The position numbers were made by a program, and so were the translations under genes. This document shows positions 14,489 to 24,363 of a stretch of DNA of 46,608 bases, piece by piece (the stretch's first letter is position 1; each line of letters begins with the position of its first letter). The notes beneath the pieces were generated by a model. That model did no database searches. It had not been told where the DNA came from and worked only from the letters and a program-made list of their open reading frames with translations. The stretch comes from Deltaproteobacteria bacterium (lineage in GTDB: Bacteria; Myxococcota; JACRCW01): assembly GCA_016218805.1 (NCBI GenBank), contig JACRCW010000023.1:1-46608 (forward strand). Reading direction: 5' to 3'.

Positions 14489-17059
14489 ATGCGTTCTGCG
14501 GTTGGTGGGGTTGCGCTTCTGTTGGGTTGGTCGTGTGTGGCCTGTTCCGGCGGTGAGGGATCCTCTTCCTCGTCCTCCGGCGGCCAGTCCTTCTCCTCTT
14601 CCGGACCGGGGGTTTCGTCCTTGTCGTCGTCGTCCGCCGGCTCCAGCTCGGCGAGCGCGGCCTCAACGGGCGGGTCCTCCGGCGCCACGAGTACCGCGCC
14701 GGACGCGGGGTCTGCGGATGCCGGATCCAGCTCGGTGGGCGCTGCCTCAACGGGCGCGTCCTCCGGCGCTGTGAGCACCCTGCCGGACGCGGGGTCTGCA
14801 GACGCCGGGGATGCCGGGGCCGACGCGGGGCCGCCGCCACCCTTCATCCGCGATGATGCGAACGCCGTCGCGTACTGGATGGGGCCGGAGGGCGGTAACA
14901 CGACCGTCCCGACGCCGTCGGGCGACATCATTGTGGAGATCCCCGCCGGTGCACTGGATGCGTTTGTTGAGATCCACGCCACGCCATTGACGTCATTCCC
15001 GTTGCACGGCTTCACCCGCGGCCTGCACCTGGAACCTGAAGGACTCAATTTCATCGTTCCGGTCACGCTGCGCTTTGTTGGCGCGGCGGCGGCGGATGCC
15101 TGGGAATTCCGCTACACGGCCACCGCGGAGGACGTGCACCTGGTGCGTCCCGTGGTGGACGGGGCGGACCTGCTGCTTCCGTTCATCCACTTTTCCGGCG
15201 GCGGCGTGGGCCGCGGCGGGTTGCCTTCCACCTCCCCCACCTCTCCGCTGGGGCAGGCCGCGTCGGAGTTGGCCGCGGAGCAGGACGCCACCGTCGCACT
15301 GGCCATTGTCACGGGCGCGTTTGCGCACGTGCTGCCGCTCCTGCAGGCGGCGGGGGGCCCTGCGGCAGACGTCTCCGCGCGCGATGCGCTGTTCCGCGCC
15401 GGGTACAACGCGTACGTGCTGTGGGAGCGCCTGGCCACGGGCTGGGGGACCGCCGTCACCACGGGATCGGAAACGCAACGCCTGCAGGCCCACGCGCTGC
15501 TGGCGAACGCGTTGGTGCAGTACGCGCGTGACGTCAACCTGGAGGCGGTGCGCACGGGGACCACGGGGCCGTTGGTTCACCTCGGGCGGCGTGTCGCGGT
15601 CTGGGCGCAGTTGCTCGGGGTGGACACGCTGCGCACGGAGCTGAGCCTTGGCGGACTGGCGCGGTCCAGCGTGCTGAAGCCCGTCATTGAAGACCTGAAT
15701 GTCATTCCCGCGGAAACCGCCGGCCACGTGGTGGTGCGCGGCGTGGCGGGGATGCGCGTGGCGGGAGCGGACGCGCAGACCGGGACGGTGTTGCTGCAGC
15801 TGGAGAATGCCGTCGGCGCATCCAACGGGTCGCCGGTGTTGGCGCCCTTGTTCACCCGGGACGGCGCGTTCACTGCGGAGGTGGTGCCATCCACCGGGCC
15901 GTTTGCGCTGGTGGTCTCCGTTGCGCACGCGGATCTTCCACCGCTGGAGTTCTCCATGACGCGGACCATGGTGGTGGACGGACTGGATTTCACGACGCTG
16001 GAGCTGGCTGCGCGCCCCGCAACCACGGGCACCGCGCGGCGCGTGCTCACCGTTCCCGCGGGCGGACAGGCGGAGCTTGAAGCGCGCGTGCAGCGCAGTG
16101 GCGTGGACACGGCGGGCGTGTCCATCCGGTTCTTCCTGGACGGGCCGGGGACGCTGTCGGCGGATGTCACGGCCGCAGGGGCGGACGGCATTGCGCGGAC
16201 CACTTTCACCGCGGGCACGTCACGCGAAGCGACGCGCATCCGCGCGGTCGCGACCACGTCAACATGGGACGTGGAGGACACCGTGGTCGTGATGGTGTCG
16301 CCCGTCTCGGTTGCGGTGGTTCCCACGTCAGCCACCGTGAATGTGCCCAATACGTTCCCCTTCACGGCGACGTCCACGGGCAGCATCCCGGGCGTGCGTT
16401 GGGAGACTTCAGGCGGGGGGACCCTGGATGGAACGGGCCTTTTCACGCCGCGCGGGATCCCTGGCCACCACTGGGTGCAGGCAACCAGCTTTGATGATCC
16501 CAACGCGGTGGACCAGGTGCCGCTGGACGTGCGGGGCTCGCTCTACGAAGGTTCCATCCGCGTGCTGCTCACGGCGTACAACCCACCGACGGAGCAGTAC
16601 CTGACGCTGCCCGCGCCCTTTGACCTCCGCCAGTGGCAGTACCAGGCCATCACGACGGCGCGCTGCGTCCTTCCCGCGGGAACCTGCACGCTGGGGCCGG
16701 TCAACGTCTCAGTGACGGCGACGTTGAGCACGTACAACTCCGCCAGTTCCATTCCGCTGACTTGGATGTGCAGCAGCCAGGTGACGTCAACGGCGGAGGC
16801 GCTTGCGTGGACGGTGTCCATCACGTCCAACACCCTTTTGTCCAGCCTCTCACCCTTGCCCGTCGACGCCACCGCGTGCACCGACCGGGTCGGCGCACCG
16901 TTGGACCACCCGCCGGAGACGGTCACGCCGCCGTGGGCCACGTTCGCATACACAGAGCAGGCCGCGCTCAACCAGGGTGGCTGGGCGTTCCGCTCCACGG
17001 ACACGCAGGCCGGCGCGCGCAAGGGCGAGTCCAACTGGGCGCTGTGGCTCCCGCAGTGA
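14489..17059 (+). CDS. Large surface lipoprotein (Ser/Gly linker, ZU5-like domain, helical region, Ig-like domains)
   Basis: Lipobox SCVAC; IPAGAL...LEPEGLNFIVPVTL...HFS is a ZU5-like pattern; Ig-like segments ADGIARTTF and VVPTSATV...GTLDGTGLFT. Confidence 0.8.
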   Translation: MRSAVGGVALLLGWSCVACSGGEGSSSSSSGGQSFSSSGPGVSSLSSSSAGSSSASAASTGGSSGATSTAPDAGSADAGSSSVGAASTGASSGAVSTLPDAGSADAGDAGADAGPPPPFIRDDANAVAYWMGPEGGNTTVPTPSGDIIVEIPAGALDAFVEIHATPLTSFPLHGFTRGLHLEPEGLNFIVPVTLRFVGAAAADAWEFRYTATAEDVHLVRPVVDGADLLLPFIHFSGGGVGRGGLPSTSPTSPLGQAASELAAEQDATVALAIVTGAFAHVLPLLQAAGGPAADVSARDALFRAGYNAYVLWERLATGWGTAVTTGSETQRLQAHALLANALVQYARDVNLEAVRTGTTGPLVHLGRRVAVWAQLLGVDTLRTELSLGGLARSSVLKPVIEDLNVIPAETAGHVVVRGVAGMRVAGADAQTGTVLLQLENAVGASNGSPVLAPLFTRDGAFTAEVVPSTGPFALVVSVAHADLPPLEFSMTRTMVVDGLDFTTLELAARPATTGTARRVLTVPAGGQAELEARVQRSGVDTAGVSIRFFLDGPGTLSADVTAAGADGIARTTFTAGTSREATRIRAVATTSTWDVEDTVVVMVSPVSVAVVPTSATVNVPNTFPFTATSTGSIPGVRWETSGGGTLDGTGLFTPRGIPGHHWVQATSFDDPNAVDQVPLDVRGSLYEGSIRVLLTAYNPPTEQYLTLPAPFDLRQWQYQAITTARCVLPAGTCTLGPVNVSVTATLSTYNSASSIPLTWMCSSQVTSTAEALAWTVSITSNTLLSSLSPLPVDATACTDRVGAPLDHPPETVTPPWATFAYTEQAALNQGGWAFRSTDTQAGARKGESNWALWLPQ
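14642..14809 (+). repeat. 84-bp in-frame tandem duplication (2 x 28 aa) in the lipoprotein linker
   Basis: SSSASAASTGGSSGATSTAPDAGSADAG and SSSVGAASTGASSGAVSTLPDAGSADAG; DNA copies start at 14642 and 14726. Confidence 0.85.
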
Positions 17060-17117
17060 CGTCGCGCCCGCGGCGCCTGCGGTTGCATCCGTCCTTCCGC
17101 GGTGCCACACCGCGCGC

Positions 17118-18752
17118 ATGAGCGCCAACCCCCTCCCCCCCCTCCCCCGCGACACCCTCTTCCCTGAACGCAGCGGCCTGGGCTCCTGGCTCAAGCGCTT
17201 TCTCCCGGCGGACGCCCACGCGTTCATCCAACCCAAACTGGTGGACCTGGGGCGCGTGGCCGCGCGGCAGGCGATAGCGCTGGGCGACACGGCGGACCGC
17301 AACGGACCGCGGCACATCCCGTTTGATCCGCTGGGCAATCGGATTGATCGCATTGAGTACCACCCGGCGTACCTGGAACTGCAGAAGCTCAGCTACGGCG
17401 CCGGAATGGTGAACGTGAAGTATGATCCGGAGACCAGCCGGAAATACGCGTCGTCATTGCACCAGATGGGTTTCTCCATGACCATGGTGTTCTCCGGCGG
17501 CGAAAGCGGCATGTTGTGCCCGCTGTGCATGACGGACGGCGCCGCGCGCGTGGTGAAGCTGCACGGCAGCCCGGAACTCAAAGCGCGCGCCATCCCGTGC
17601 CTGGCGGCCACGGACATGGGCAAGCTGTGGCGCGGCGCCATGTTCCTCACGGAAAAGCAGGGCGGCTCTGACGTGGGTGCCAACACCTGCCGCGCGGTGA
17701 ACGAGAACGGGACCTGGCGCCTGTACGGCGACAAATGGTTCTGCTCCAACGTGGACGCGGAAGTGGCGCTGGTGTTGGCGCGCAGCGACGACGCGCCCAA
17801 GGGCACCAAGGGTCTGAGCCTGTTCTACGTGGAGACCAACCTGCCGGAGGGCGGGAAGAACAACTTTGTCATCCACCGCATCAAGGACAAGTTTGGCACG
17901 CGCTCCATGCCCACGGGTGAAATCACGTTCAATGGTACGCCGGCCACGTTGCTGGGCGGACCCGGTGCGGGATTCAAGCAGATGCTGGACATGGTGAACC
18001 TGTCCCGTCTGTACAACGCAACGGTTTCCGTGGGCCTGCTGCACCGCGCACTGGACGAAACGACGTTCTTTGCGGAGCGGCGCATGGCGTTTGGCACGCC
18101 GCTGACCGGCCACCGCATGCACCTGGAGACGCTGGCGGACTGGTGGGCGCACTACCTGGGCGGGCTGGCACTGGTGCTGACGTCCTGCCAGGCGCTGGAC
18201 GAGCATGACACCACCGGCGACAAGGCCGCGTTTGGGCGGTCACGCATGCTGACCCCGATGGCCAAGCGGCACACCGGCCGCCAGGTGGTGGACGGCGTGT
18301 CCATGTGTATGGAGCTCATTGGCGGGCAGGGATACATTGAGGACACTGGCATCCCGCGCCTCCTGCGCGACGGGCAGGTGCTGCCCATCTGGGAGGGAAC
18401 CAGCCACATCCAGATGTGGGACGTGGCGCGCGCGGCGCTCAAGGACGGCGCGCTCATGCCCACAATGGAATGGCTTGCCCAGGGCGCCAACGACGCCAAG
18501 GTGAAAGCCGCGCTGGATGCCGCCGCCAAGACGTTGGTGGAGCACGCGGACCCCGACGCGTTTGGCGCGGCGGGGCGCTACGTGGTGGACCAGCTCACCA
18601 ACGCGGTGGAGCAGGCGCTGCTGGTTCGCTGGGGGGATGCGCGCGCGTTGCTGGCGGCGCGCCGCCTGGCGGACATGCGGTCTGTGCAGCCGTGGAAGGC
18701 CGCGCGGACGTGGTCCGACACGGAGCTCAAACAGCTCTGCGGCATTGCGTGA
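17118..18752 (+). CDS. Acyl-CoA dehydrogenase, AidB-like subfamily
   Basis: RIDRIEYHPAY, CPLCMTDGA, MFLTEKQGGSDV, KWFCS, KDKFGTRSMPTGE, IWEGT. Confidence 0.9.
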   Translation: MSANPLPPLPRDTLFPERSGLGSWLKRFLPADAHAFIQPKLVDLGRVAARQAIALGDTADRNGPRHIPFDPLGNRIDRIEYHPAYLELQKLSYGAGMVNVKYDPETSRKYASSLHQMGFSMTMVFSGGESGMLCPLCMTDGAARVVKLHGSPELKARAIPCLAATDMGKLWRGAMFLTEKQGGSDVGANTCRAVNENGTWRLYGDKWFCSNVDAEVALVLARSDDAPKGTKGLSLFYVETNLPEGGKNNFVIHRIKDKFGTRSMPTGEITFNGTPATLLGGPGAGFKQMLDMVNLSRLYNATVSVGLLHRALDETTFFAERRMAFGTPLTGHRMHLETLADWWAHYLGGLALVLTSCQALDEHDTTGDKAAFGRSRMLTPMAKRHTGRQVVDGVSMCMELIGGQGYIEDTGIPRLLRDGQVLPIWEGTSHIQMWDVARAALKDGALMPTMEWLAQGANDAKVKAALDAAAKTLVEHADPDAFGAAGRYVVDQLTNAVEQALLVRWGDARALLAARRLADMRSVQPWKAARTWSDTELKQLCGIA

Positions 18753-18753
18753 A

Positions 18754-19311
18754 ATGGAGCCGTTCCGGCATCACGCACGGCGCCTGGTCCTGGAGCGCCG
18801 GATCTTCCGTCTGCACGAGGAAGACGTGGAGCACCCGCACACCGGCCAGCGGATGGCCATCACCGTCATTGAGGCGCCGGCGTGGTGCAACATTGTGCCG
18901 GTCACGGACGACGGGGAGGTGGTGCTGGTGCGGCAGTGGCGGTTTGGGGTGCGGCGGCTGACGCTGGAGATTCCCGGCGGGATGGTGGACCCCGGGGAGG
19001 CACCGCCCCACGCAGCCGCAAGGGAGCTGTTGGAGGAGACCGGGTACGCGGCGCAGGCCGTCATCCCCATCGGCGTGGTGGCGGCAAATCCGGCTATTCA
19101 GGACAATATGGTCTATTCGTTCTACGCGCCGGGGGTGCGCAAGGTGGCCGAGCCGCACAATGACGGGAACGAGGCCACCGAGGTGGTGCGCGTGCCCATG
19201 GCGCGCATTCCCGCGCTGGTGGAATCCGGGGAAATCGACCATTCACTGGTGGTAGCGGCGTTCTTCCACCTGGCGCGGCTGGCGGGGGGCCAGCTCGGCG
19301 TGGCGCCCTGA
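18754..19311 (+). CDS. NUDIX hydrolase (ADP-ribose pyrophosphatase-like)
   Basis: LVRQWR; Nudix box GMVDPGEAPPHAAARELLEETGY; starts 1 bp after the upstream stop. Confidence 0.92.
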   Translation: MEPFRHHARRLVLERRIFRLHEEDVEHPHTGQRMAITVIEAPAWCNIVPVTDDGEVVLVRQWRFGVRRLTLEIPGGMVDPGEAPPHAAARELLEETGYAAQAVIPIGVVAANPAIQDNMVYSFYAPGVRKVAEPHNDGNEATEVVRVPMARIPALVESGEIDHSLVVAAFFHLARLAGGQLGVAP

Positions 19312-19350
19312 CGTCGACACACCCGATGGGCGCAGCGGGCGGGGATTCGT

Positions 19351-19762
19351 CACGCCGTCGCCTCCCCCCTTCTGGGGGGAGGTCGGCCGATGCGGAGCAT
19401 CGGCCGGGTGGGGGGTGGGGGCAGCGCGAGGCAAAGCACGCCTTCCGCGCGCCCCACCACCGGCCTGCCCTGCCGGGCAGGCCGACTCCCCCCACAAGGG
19501 GGGAGCTACGGCGATGCCGCGCTGGAACCACTACACCCCACCGGCGCCGCAAAACCCCCGCCTCATCAAGACGAGGCCCGCCACGCCGTCGCCTCCCCCC
19601 TCGTGGGGGAGGTCGGCCGATGCGGAGCCTCGGCCGGGTGGGGGGTGGTGGCAGTGCGAGGCAAAGCACGCATTCCGCGCACCCCCACCACCGGCCTGCC
19701 CTCCGGGCAGGCCGACTCCCCCCACAAGCAAGGGGGGGAGCTAGGGTCCGCGCTGGGAACCG
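19351..19762. repeat. Two tandem copies (period 231 bp) of an inverted doublet of family-1 REP-like units
   Basis: Copies start CACGCCGTCGCCTCCCCCC at 19351 and 19582. Each carries CGGCCGATGC-GGA-GC(A/C)TCGGCCG, CGGCCTGCCC-loop-GGGCAGGCCG and CTCCCCCC-loop-GGGGGGAG hairpins. Lies between convergent genes. Confidence 0.9.
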
Positions 19763-19774
19763 CCGGCCGACAGC

Positions 19775-21607
19775 TCAGTCGTCGTCGTCTTCCAGGTGCT
19801 TGGACGGGCGCGGGCGCAGGTTTGCTTTCAGGATCTTCTTGCGCAGGCGGATGGACTTGGGCGTCACTTCCACCAGCTCATCTGTGTCAATGAACCCCAG
19901 GTACTGCTCCAGGCTCATCATGCGCGGGGGCGTGAGGATGATGTTCTCGTCACGGCCGGCCGCGCGGATGTTGGTCAGCTTCTTCTCGCGGCAGATGTTG
20001 ACGTCAATGTCGTTGTCGCGGTTGTGCTCGCCCACCATCATGCCTTCGTAGACTTCCGTTTGCGGTCCCACAAACAGGATCCCGCGCGGCTGCAGGTGGA
20101 AGATGGCGTACGGCGTGGTGGGCCCCACGCGGTCCGCCACAATGGCACCTGAGGGCCGCCCCGGGATCTCCCCCTGGTACGGCTGCCAGCTGTCAAACAG
20201 CGTGTTCATGATCCCCAGGCCGCGCGTGAGCGTGAGGAACTGCCCGCGGAACCCTATCAGCCCGCGCGTGGGCACGCGGAACTCCAGCCGCGCGCGCCCG
20301 CCCGCCGGGCCCTCCATGTGCAGCATCTGCCCCTTGCGCGGTCCCAGGGACTCCGTGATGGCCCCCAGCGCCTGCTCCGGGATGTCCAGGATGACCATCT
20401 CCACCGGCTCGTGCGGCGCCCCGTCAATCTCCTTCACCACCACCTCGGGGCGGGACACGCACAGCTCGTAACCCTCGCGCCGCATGGTCTCAATGACGAT
20501 GGCCAGCTGCAGCTCGCCGCGGCCGACGACGCGGAACTTGTCCGGCACGTCCGTGTCCATCACGCGAATGGCGACGTTGTTGCGCGCCTCGCGGATGAGC
20601 CGCTCACGGATCTGGCGCGAGGTGACGTACCGCCCTTCCCGCCCCGCAAACGGCCCGTCATTCACGCAGAACAGCATGGCCAGCGTGGGCTCATCCACGG
20701 CAATGCGCGGCAGCGGCGCGGGCTGGTCCAGGTTGCAGATGGTGTCACCGATTTCCAGCTCTTCAATGCCGGCCAGGCAGATGATGTCTCCCGCCGTGGC
20801 CTCCTTGCTCTCCGTCCGCTTGAGGCCCTGGTAGGTGTACACCTGCGTGACCTTGGCGGTGTACGTCTTTCCCTCGCGGCCGCAGACGGTGCACTGCATG
20901 CCCTGCGTGACCTTGCCGGAGTGGATGCGCCCCACGGCCAGCCGCCCCACGTAGTCGTCGTATCCCAGGTGGTTGACGCGGAACTGCAGCGGTCCGTCCA
21001 CGTCGGCGTCGGGGCCGGGCATGAAGCTGACAATGGTGTCAAACAGCGGCTTGAGGTCCTTGCCCGGCGTGGCCAGTTCCAGTGACGCGGTGCCGTCCCG
21101 GCCAATGGCGTACACCACGGGGAACTCAATCTGGTGATCGTGCGCGCCCAGGTTGATGAACAGGTCGTAGACCTCGTTGAGGACTTCCTGGGGGCGCGCG
21201 TCAGACCGGTCGATCTTGTTGATCACCACGGCGACGGGCAGGCCCAGGCCCATGGCCTTCTGCAGGATGAAGCGGGTCTGCGGCAGCGGGCCTTCGGCGG
21301 CATCCACCAGCAGCAGGATGCCGTCCACCATCATCAGGGTGCGCTCCACCTCGCCGCCAAAATCCGCATGGCCGGGCGTATCCACAATGTTGATGCGGGT
21401 GCCCTTGTAGGTGACACCCGTATTCTTGGCCATGATGGTGATGCCCTTTTCGCGCTCCAAAGACATGGAGTCCATGACGCGCTCAGCGACGGTCTCATGG
21501 GCTTTGAAGACACCCGCCTGTTTGAGCATGGCGTCCACCAACGTGGTCTTGCCATGGTCAACGTGGGCCACGATGCCGATGTTGCGGATGTCATTGCGAC
21601 GCGCCAA
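19775..21607 (-). CDS. typA: Translational GTPase TypA/BipA
   Basis: [67 protein letters not shown] start with GGAGG RBS. Confidence 0.97.
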   Translation of the reverse strand: MARRNDIRNIGIVAHVDHGKTTLVDAMLKQAGVFKAHETVAERVMDSMSLEREKGITIMAKNTGVTYKGTRINIVDTPGHADFGGEVERTLMMVDGILLLVDAAEGPLPQTRFILQKAMGLGLPVAVVINKIDRSDARPQEVLNEVYDLFINLGAHDHQIEFPVVYAIGRDGTASLELATPGKDLKPLFDTIVSFMPGPDADVDGPLQFRVNHLGYDDYVGRLAVGRIHSGKVTQGMQCTVCGREGKTYTAKVTQVYTYQGLKRTESKEATAGDIICLAGIEELEIGDTICNLDQPAPLPRIAVDEPTLAMLFCVNDGPFAGREGRYVTSRQIRERLIREARNNVAIRVMDTDVPDKFRVVGRGELQLAIVIETMRREGYELCVSRPEVVVKEIDGAPHEPVEMVILDIPEQALGAITESLGPRKGQMLHMEGPAGGRARLEFRVPTRGLIGFRGQFLTLTRGLGIMNTLFDSWQPYQGEIPGRPSGAIVADRVGPTTPYAIFHLQPRGILFVGPQTEVYEGMMVGEHNRDNDIDVNICREKKLTNIRAAGRDENIILTPPRMMSLEQYLGFIDTDELVEVTPKSIRLRKKILKANLRPRPSKHLEDDDD

Positions 21608-21734
21608 GGGAACCTCCAGTCAACCCCCGGGGCGGCGGGGGCGCCCGAGGGGGGGCGCGCGCATGACACGCCCGGCACCCAGAACGCAAGTCCGCGCGAG
21701 TCCATGGTTTCCCGGAAAGATGCGGCCCCGGCCC

Positions 21735-21763
21735 TTGACCCAGCATGAGCTACGCTGAAGCAT
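21735..21763 (+). promoter_or_regulatory. Candidate sigma70 promoter for ihfB
   Basis: TTGACC-N17-AAGCAT upstream of the AAGGAG RBS. Confidence 0.35.
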
Positions 21764-21797
21764 TCATCCCGGCACCTGCAAGGAGATGGGGGCGCGC

Positions 21798-22190
21798 GTG
21801 AACAAGAGCGAACTGGTGGACGCCATTGCGGAAAAGAGGGGCCTGCCTCGCAAGCGGGCGGAAGCCGTCGTCGAGATGGTGTTCGAGATGATGGTGGACT
21901 CCCTCAAGCAGGGCGAGCGCATTGAAGTGCGTGGGTTCGGCAGCTTTGTGGTGAAGCACTACGGTGCCTACCAGGGGCGCAACCCGCGCAGCGGACAGCC
22001 CATCCAGGTCAAGGAGAAGCGGCTGCCGTTCTTCAAGGTGGGCAAGGAACTCAAGGAGCGCGTGGACGCGGACAAGACGCCCATCGCCGTGGATCACGAC
22101 GACGCCGACGAGGACTCCACGCCGCCCGCCCCCGCGCCCGCGCCCGCGGCACCCGATCCGGCCGGCGGCGGCGGTCCCGGCTCCACCTGA
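21798..22190 (+). CDS. ihfB: Integration host factor beta subunit with acidic/Pro-rich tail
   Basis: NKSELV, ERIEVRGFGSF, GRNPRSG, PFFKVGKELKERV; alternative ATG start at 21786. Confidence 0.9.
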   Translation: MNKSELVDAIAEKRGLPRKRAEAVVEMVFEMMVDSLKQGERIEVRGFGSFVVKHYGAYQGRNPRSGQPIQVKEKRLPFFKVGKELKERVDADKTPIAVDHDDADEDSTPPAPAPAPAAPDPAGGGGPGST

Positions 22191-22205
22191 GGCACGCGCC
22201 GCGGC

Positions 22206-23726
22206 TCAGGGCGCCGTGCACACGTTCCCAACGGTAGCGTCCTGGTAGCGGCACACCTGGCCGTCGGCGGCGCAATCCCGCTGCCGGAGGCGGCGGCCTT
22301 CGCACCATTTCACCACGTTCCCCTGGCAGGTCCCCAGGTAGTCAATGTTCCCGCACGCCGTTGGGATGCAGTACCAGCCGGTGGACGGGCCCATGTAACC
22401 GCAGGATTCGCCCTGGGCCGCGCAGTCCTCTGTCTCCTTCTGCGCCTGATCATTGCACCACTCCGCCACTGCGCCGTTGCACACGCCCAGGAAGTCCAGC
22501 GTGCCGCAGTCTGACGCCACGCACGCATACCCGCGCGTGTCGTCAACGAGCTTGCAGCGCTCCTGGCAATTGCCGCAGTTGCGCGTGAGCGGCGTGCCCT
22601 GCACGCACCAGTGCAGCACCTGGCCGTCACAGGAACCGTATGCCGTGGCGCCGCCGCACGTGTCCTCCGCCACCGGGATGCACCGCCAGGATGACGCCGC
22701 CGCCACCCAGCCGCACACTTCCGTGCTGCTGCACGCCCGCTGTTGCAGCGCGCCGCTTTCGCACCAGGTGGCCACCGTGCCCACCGCGTTGCAGTGCCCC
22801 TGCGCGGTTTCGCTGCCGCACGGGCGGGCGGACGCGCCCGGCGTGGGTCCGGTCCACTGCTCAATCCACGGGCGGTCCAGCTCCACGCGCGTGTAGCGGT
22901 CCCGCCCGGTGCAGGAGGGGTCACCCCAGCCCAGCGCGCCCAGCACCCGCACATCCCCCGCAGGCGCAATGCGCATGGACGGACCGCCGGAGTCCCCGTA
23001 ACAGACGCCGTGCTGCCCTTCCCCGTTGACGACGAGGTACGTATCCTCAAACCCGTCAAACAGCTCCGCCACAAAGTAGCGCCCGTCGCTGCGGCCGGTC
23101 TGCGTGACGCCATACCCGGCCTGCTCCACGCGCATGCCCACGTCCGCCGCGGACAGATCCTCCAGGGCAATGGGAATGGGCGTCACGGCGACGGTGGCCG
23201 CCGGGTCTTCGGCGAGGTCCAGCACGGTGAGGTCCAGGTCCGGGTGTTCATGCTTGGCGCTGACCTGGACGGCGTGTTCCGGGTTGGTGTCATCCACGCC
23301 AAACAGGACGTACAGGCTGTTGCCCGCCACGCCCTCCGTGCAGTGCTTGGCCGTGAGCACCTGGCGCGCCGCAATGAGCGTGCCCGAACAGCTTGAGTTG
23401 TACGGTGCGTCCTGCGCCAGCCCGATGACGGCGCGCTGTTGCGCGGCATCCAGGGGCAGGTAACTGGGCGCGCGCGTGCCGTAATAGACGGGCCGGGGGC
23501 CGGGCGGCGCGTGCTTGTTGGGGCCGCTGCACTCAGCGGGCAGGCCCGCGTCGGCGTTACCGCCCGAGGTGCTGCTGCTGCTGGAACCGCCGCTGGAGCT
23601 GCTTGCGCCGCCGCCGCTGCTGCTGGAACCGCTTTCTCCCACGGGGGAGCCCGGGTCCACGAACAGCGGACGACACGCCAACAACCCCGCACCGACGACC
23701 ACACACCAACCCGCGAACCGCTGCAT
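22206..23726 (-). CDS. S1 (trypsin-fold) serine protease lipoprotein with four C-terminal Cys-rich repeats
   Basis: Lipobox LLAC; catalytic triad motifs LTAKHC, DLDLTVL and CYGDSGGP; four CG...G.C.G....WC repeats. Confidence 0.9.
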   Translation of the reverse strand: MQRFAGWCVVVGAGLLACRPLFVDPGSPVGESGSSSSGGGASSSSGGSSSSSTSGGNADAGLPAECSGPNKHAPPGPRPVYYGTRAPSYLPLDAAQQRAVIGLAQDAPYNSSCSGTLIAARQVLTAKHCTEGVAGNSLYVLFGVDDTNPEHAVQVSAKHEHPDLDLTVLDLAEDPAATVAVTPIPIALEDLSAADVGMRVEQAGYGVTQTGRSDGRYFVAELFDGFEDTYLVVNGEGQHGVCYGDSGGPSMRIAPAGDVRVLGALGWGDPSCTGRDRYTRVELDRPWIEQWTGPTPGASARPCGSETAQGHCNAVGTVATWCESGALQQRACSSTEVCGWVAAASSWRCIPVAEDTCGGATAYGSCDGQVLHWCVQGTPLTRNCGNCQERCKLVDDTRGYACVASDCGTLDFLGVCNGAVAEWCNDQAQKETEDCAAQGESCGYMGPSTGWYCIPTACGNIDYLGTCQGNVVKWCEGRRLRQRDCAADGQVCRYQDATVGNVCTAP

Positions 23727-23867
23727 GCAACCTGCCTTTCACCCGGTGGCGCATCGTGGCTGCGCCCACGCCGCCCCGCAAGCACGTCAGCATCCGTCGT
23801 CATGGCGTTGCGCAGCACGTCATCCTGTGGGACGAGCGCGCGGGCCTTCTACGCGGAGGAAACAGCC

Positions 23868-24329
23868 ATGCCCACGACGATCAACGGACCGGAGCAACTC
23901 AAGGCGCTGGCAGGCAAGGAGTTGGGCAGCAGCGAGTGGCGCGTGATGGACATGGCGCGCATCCGGAAGTTTGCGGAGGCCACCGGGGACCATCAGTGGA
24001 TCCACGTGGACGAGGAGCGCGCCCGCCGGGAGAGCCCGTACGGCGGGCCCATTGCGCACGGGTACCTCACGCTGTCCAGCATTGCCGGGCAATTCTCTGA
24101 GGTGGTGAAATACAGCGGTTTCAAGTTGGTGGTGAATTACGGCACCAACAAGGTGCGGTTTCCCAACCCGCTCAAGGCGGGTGACCGCTTCCGCCTGACG
24201 CTCAAGATGGGTGAGGTCAAGCCCGTCAATGAGTGGTGGGAGGCCGTGTTCAACGCCGCCATTGAGGTGGAGGGCCAGGCCAAGCCGTCCTGCGCGGCGG
24301 AGTGCATCTACCGGTTCCTGCCGGCGTGA
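23868..24329 (+). CDS. MaoC family dehydratase
   Basis: FAEATGDHQWIHVD, PIAHGYLTLS, NYGTNKVRFP; GGAGGA RBS. Confidence 0.92.
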   Translation: MPTTINGPEQLKALAGKELGSSEWRVMDMARIRKFAEATGDHQWIHVDEERARRESPYGGPIAHGYLTLSSIAGQFSEVVKYSGFKLVVNYGTNKVRFPNPLKAGDRFRLTLKMGEVKPVNEWWEAVFNAAIEVEGQAKPSCAAECIYRFLPA

Positions 24330-24363
24330 GGCCGCGCGCAGATCCCGCGGCCGTGGCGGCCTT

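Noticed and set aside
19326..19893. Several short ORFs, and a possible CRISPR array, in the Nudix-typA gap
   Set aside because: The ORFs are translations of palindromic repeats. Two long copies without short repeat-spacer periodicity or cas genes are not a CRISPR.
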